Position numbers and translations under genes: made by a program. DNA of 64,000 bases from a virus. Shown one piece after another: positions 60,791 through 64,000 of the stretch. The DNA is taken from positions 1 through 64,000 of IMG/VR virus record IMGVR_UViG_3300045988_108221. One strand, 5' to 3'. Below the pieces are notes generated by a model. The model did no database searches, was not told where the DNA came from, and saw nothing but the letters and a program-made list of their open reading frames with translations. Each line of letters starts with the position of its first letter. The stretch's first letter is position 1.

Positions 60791-61694
60791 GCGACACCTC
60801 CTGTGATTCGCAAAAATGAAAATACGAACGTAAATCAGTTTCATCAAAACGTTTGATGTTATTCCGTGTTCGGCTGGATGGAGCAAAATATTGTTCCACC
60901 GCATTGATATACATGGAATGTTCGCCTTGGTAAAACGATTTGTATTCCTCATCTGTTATCTTACCACGGATTTCCAATTGTTGCAACCCCAAGTTATCAA
61001 AAGATACAATGTCAAAAATTTCTGTGAGTTGCATTATATTGGATTTCCATTGTTTGTGTTCTGGTGTGTTTAAATCAACTTTACCACGGTTAAACCCAAA
61101 GTCTTTTTCACCCAAGATTAGTAACTTACGGTACTTCACAGATAGCTCTTTTACATCGTCAAAATCATCAATACCATTAATCACATGGATAACAGTATGT
61201 GGATATTCTGCAATCCAATCTGGTAGCGATAAACAACCCTGTAACGAACGATACGAGATACCAAGACCATATACATATGGCATCATCTCTTTAAGCCGTG
61301 TGTCGCCATATTGCAAAATATAACGCTCGTTCATTGTAATGTTGACAACCAAACCAAGTTTCCATAAATTCTTGACGAACTGCATTAAGTCGTCTGTAAT
61401 TTGATTGACACCTAGGGCAATTTCTGTCCCACGTGGTAATTTTGCGTCCATCAATACCTGTTGCAGAATACCATAATGACATTCTACTCCGCTAACCAAT
61501 GCAGATTCGTGACAAAATGCACAAGTAGATTTCTGCGTTTCCACGTTATAACCATATGGACATTGTGTAGAAACACGAATATCAATATTGAGTGGTGTCT
61601 GTAGTGTTAGCGGTTCGTTGTCTGGGTATTCAATAATGCGTGTGCCATCTCGTAAGTCAAGCCACACGCTTGCGTTTCCGTTTGTATACTTCAT
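60780..61694 (-). CDS. Hypothetical Cys-motif protein (C-x12-C-x2-C; radical-SAM-like only as a guess)
   Basis: STQCPYGYNVETQKSTCAFCHES near the N-terminus. 304 aa. SD ACAGGAGGAAATC-ATG. Confidence 0.55.
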   Translation of the reverse strand: MKYTNGNASVWLDLRDGTRIIEYPDNEPLTLQTPLNIDIRVSTQCPYGYNVETQKSTCAFCHESALVSGVECHYGILQQVLMDAKLPRGTEIALGVNQITDDLMQFVKNLWKLGLVVNITMNERYILQYGDTRLKEMMPYVYGLGISYRSLQGCLSLPDWIAEYPHTVIHVINGIDDFDDVKELSVKYRKLLILGEKDFGFNRGKVDLNTPEHKQWKSNIMQLTEIFDIVSFDNLGLQQLEIRGKITDEEYKSFYQGEHSMYINAVEQYFAPSSRTRNNIKRFDETDLRSYFHFCESQEVSHDS

Positions 61695-61713
61695 GATTTC
61701 CTCCTGTAATAAA

Positions 61714-61968
61714 TCAACCGATGTACTTATCGTTAATCTCTAATAAGCTGTGTGGTGTAACATCAAAGTCATAACCTTTGTATTTAACCAACACCATGGC
61801 AACCAACGCAGTCACCATTCGGCATACACTCAGGATGCCAAAGATGCCAATCGTTAATGCAATTAGCGTTGGTTGTTGCATATTTAACACCAATAGTAAA
61901 ATCACATATAGTGTCCAATACAGAACACGAAAGGTAAATACTGGGTGTTGTTCAATTAGTTTTTTCAT
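61714..61968 (-). CDS. Small membrane protein (2 TM)
   Basis: SD ACAGGAGAGAAACAA-ATG. Two hydrophobic helices. Confidence 0.55.
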   Translation of the reverse strand: MKKLIEQHPVFTFRVLYWTLYVILLLVLNMQQPTLIALTIGIFGILSVCRMVTALVAMVLVKYKGYDFDVTPHSLLEINDKYIG

Positions 61969-62693
61969 TTGTTTCTCTCCTGTTGTTTAATGTAGTCACC
62001 CCATTGTTTAGCCATTGCATCTGCCATACCCTTGAAAGTCTTAGAGCGTAAACGTCTGCGTTCTTCGGCAGTCTTTGTTTCGGTTAATGCATCTGAAATC
62101 CACTTTTGCATCCGTTTGCCGCTTTTAAAAGTAAGTGTCTCACCCTCGTCTACGACATTCGTAGGTTCTAATAATGGCAACCCTTTCAGCCATAAACATG
62201 TTGTTTTTCGTGCTTGGTCTCCAAACATAAATGGTTGAACGATTTGGTCTGGCTTGCGGTATCTCGTTGACATAACACCAACAGGGTTTTCTACCGCAAT
62301 ATAGTCAATGTTTGCATCCATAAGAGCCATAAAGAAGTTTGCACCATCTTCTTGGTCTTTCTTACGATTTGGAAACTTTGGATGTGGTCTGCGTTGTTCA
62401 ATCGGTAGATGTTTGTCCTCAGGATGATAATACCATTTTGCACCACTAGATGTCAAGTATGTACATGGTGGATGTGCAATCATTAAATCCCATTTGTCAA
62501 CCATAACTCGTGTACCATCTTGTGTTATACCACCGTTATTCCTAATGACTTCTAGTGCATCACCCATAATGTGCCACTCAGGATATCCACCAGAGCACTC
62601 CACCAAGTCACAACTGTAGGCGTTAAACCCAAGTTCCCTAAAAGCCTTACAAACGGTTTGAGACTCCTCGCATGCAATTAATACGTTAATCAA
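61965..62693 (-). CDS. C5-cytosine-methyltransferase-like protein (short phage type, atypical motif I)
   Basis: VLIACEESQ...SCDL N-terminus, AHPPCTYLTSSG (motif IV-like) and AVENPVG (motif VI-like). TTG start behind ACAGGAGGTTGAATT. Confidence 0.5.
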   Translation of the reverse strand: MINVLIACEESQTVCKAFRELGFNAYSCDLVECSGGYPEWHIMGDALEVIRNNGGITQDGTRVMVDKWDLMIAHPPCTYLTSSGAKWYYHPEDKHLPIEQRRPHPKFPNRKKDQEDGANFFMALMDANIDYIAVENPVGVMSTRYRKPDQIVQPFMFGDQARKTTCLWLKGLPLLEPTNVVDEGETLTFKSGKRMQKWISDALTETKTAEERRRLRSKTFKGMADAMAKQWGDYIKQQERNK

Positions 62694-62860
62694 AATTCAA
62701 CCTCCTGTACCCATTCTCCCAAGTAATCAAAAACTGTTCCATTCAGCACATCTAAAGAAAAGTACTTCTTACCGTCTTTCACAATGGCTTTATCTTCGCA
62801 ATAAGCGGTTATATCGTTTGAACCGAATAAATCTTCATAAGATACGACTTTTATTTTCAT
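62690..62860 (-). CDS. Small hypothetical protein (56 aa)
   Basis: ATGA overlap with the primase stop and TTGA overlap with the next start. Translation begins MKIKVVSYEDLFGSNDITAY... Confidence 0.45.
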   Translation of the reverse strand: MKIKVVSYEDLFGSNDITAYCEDKAIVKDGKKYFSLDVLNGTVFDYLGEWVQEVEF

Positions 62861-63777
62861 TCTTCAACCTCCTGTTTGGGATATTTAACAACACGCACGT
62901 TTAATTCTGGTGCGTACTTATTGATGTCTTCTCGTGTCTTTAACAATGCCTTACGCCCTGTTGCATCACACTCTGGATTGTCAACAGCCAATGCAAAGGT
63001 AATATCGCCATTATATCTCTTTTGTAACTCCCATAGTAAACCAATTTGGTCTTTTGTCAAACGACCACCAAGATAACCAACGCATGGTACGCCTTGTTGA
63101 TGTGCTGACATAACATCGAGATAACCCTCGGCAACATGCAGTATACCATTTGGTTTTAACATTTTGATGGCACGATGGTAATTAAACAGCAGTTGTCGTT
63201 TAATGAATACATCGTCTTCTCTTGTGTTCTTGTACTTTGGTTCGTTGGTTTCTTCGAGCCGTCTTTTGGAAAACCCAACTATACGACCATAGGCATCTTG
63301 AATTGGGATAACAATACCAGATGATTGCACTCCTAAGAAACCACCAGCATCATAACCAATTAGAAATTCTTCCAAAGTCTCATTATTGATGCCACGCTTA
63401 ATATTCATATATTCACGAACGGCATCAACGGCTTTATGATACTTCATGGCAACCTTGGTGTTTTGTCCTACGATGCTTTTCTGCTTTTGGTACGTTGGGT
63501 CGTCTGTTGATACCTCGTACTTTTCTGCCAAGGCTTCTACCGCTTGATAGAACGGAAGACCCTCTACTTCGGCATAGAAACCGATGGCATCGCCAGATGA
63601 ACCACATCGGTGACAATAATATCTGTCGCCCAAGATGCAAAACTCTGTTGGGTTATCACCATGACAAATCGGACAGGTTCCTCGTGGTACTTTGCCACCG
63701 TTTCGTGATAACGTGGTGTATTCTTCCACAAGTTCTTGTATGTCGATTTTATACTTAAGTGTTGAGATTGTGTTCAT
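62857..63777 (-). CDS. dnaG: DNA primase (DnaG-type: CHC2 zinc finger plus TOPRIM)
   Basis: CPICHGDNPTEF..YYCHRCGSSGD zinc finger. TOPRIM VAEGYLDVMS ... ALAVDNPECDATG. Confidence 0.85.
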   Translation of the reverse strand: MNTISTLKYKIDIQELVEEYTTLSRNGGKVPRGTCPICHGDNPTEFCILGDRYYCHRCGSSGDAIGFYAEVEGLPFYQAVEALAEKYEVSTDDPTYQKQKSIVGQNTKVAMKYHKAVDAVREYMNIKRGINNETLEEFLIGYDAGGFLGVQSSGIVIPIQDAYGRIVGFSKRRLEETNEPKYKNTREDDVFIKRQLLFNYHRAIKMLKPNGILHVAEGYLDVMSAHQQGVPCVGYLGGRLTKDQIGLLWELQKRYNGDITFALAVDNPECDATGRKALLKTREDINKYAPELNVRVVKYPKQEVEE

Positions 63778-63988
63778 ACCAATTATATTCCTCCTGTAGT
63801 TTTTTAATTAATGTATTCATCTCATAATCTATTGTATCATCAAAACAACACTTTAGCAAGTACAATGTGTTTACTAGCTCTCTAACAGGAACTGGCTTGT
63901 TGTCTCTGACTTCTATAAGCGGTAGATATTCACTAATTGGTTCAACGTGTGTAATGAATTTAGGCTCAATAGTACAGTTGCGAACCAC
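63755..63988 (-). CDS. Hypothetical protein
   Basis: 77-aa ORF overlapping the primase start. The true start may lie at or beyond the window edge. Confidence 0.45.
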   Translation of the reverse strand: MVRNCTIEPKFITHVEPISEYLPLIEVRDNKPVPVRELVNTLYLLKCCFDDTIDYEMNTLIKKLQEEYNWYEHNLNT

Positions 63989-64000
63989 TCTTTCACGGTC

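Noticed and set aside
60780-61694. Firm call of a radical SAM enzyme
   Set aside because: Only a C-x12-C-x2-C triad is visible. There is no canonical C-x3-C-x2-C and no clear GGE or other SAM-binding motif. The idea is left as a guess inside a finding.
311-63758. Numerous antisense or alternative-frame track ORFs inside long genes (for example 980..1681, 12447..13261, 15445..15753, 45898..46740 and 57024..57435)
   Set aside because: They are fully contained in better-supported genes with recognisable protein motifs, lack SDs and have no recognisable features. The one exception is 1926..2420, which is kept as a low-confidence feature.

Overview
The window is one contiguous piece of a large tailed dsDNA phage or prophage. 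It has a siphovirus-type morphogenesis module with a 1659-aa tape measure and is transcribed almost entirely on the minus strand. From right to left it contains:
- Replication, nucleotide-metabolism and DNA-modification genes: DnaG-type primase, DnaB-type helicase, two or three DNA methyltransferases, Cas4-like nuclease, dNMP kinase, RusA, dUTPase and ThyX.
- A promoter-to-terminator tRNA/small-RNA cassette.
- A moron-like block with a complete YadA-type trimeric autotransporter adhesin.
- About 25 small early ORFs.
- An unusual ~8.3 kb AT-rich, repeat-dense, poorly coding region (27.0-35.4 kb) that includes an ArdA-like gene island.
- A short plus-strand operon with a 176-aa tyrosine recombinase.
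- Terminase, portal, capsid, tail and lysis genes, which converge on the 3' part of a plus-strand dnaE carrying an HNH intein.

Three features suggest a diderm Firmicute (Negativicutes-like) host: strong AGGAGG ribosome-binding sites (SD), GAAC-N4-GTTC boxes, and an outer-membrane adhesin together with TM/coiled-coil lysis accessory proteins. The host call is inference only. No single textbook system explains the 27-35 kb region, and it is the main candidate for something undescribed.

ORF coordinates come from the supplied track, with starts moved in multiples of 3 where an SD-supported internal start is better. Hand-derived coordinates (RNA genes, repeats, promoters, terminators, ORFs under 60 aa) may be off by 1-2 nt.
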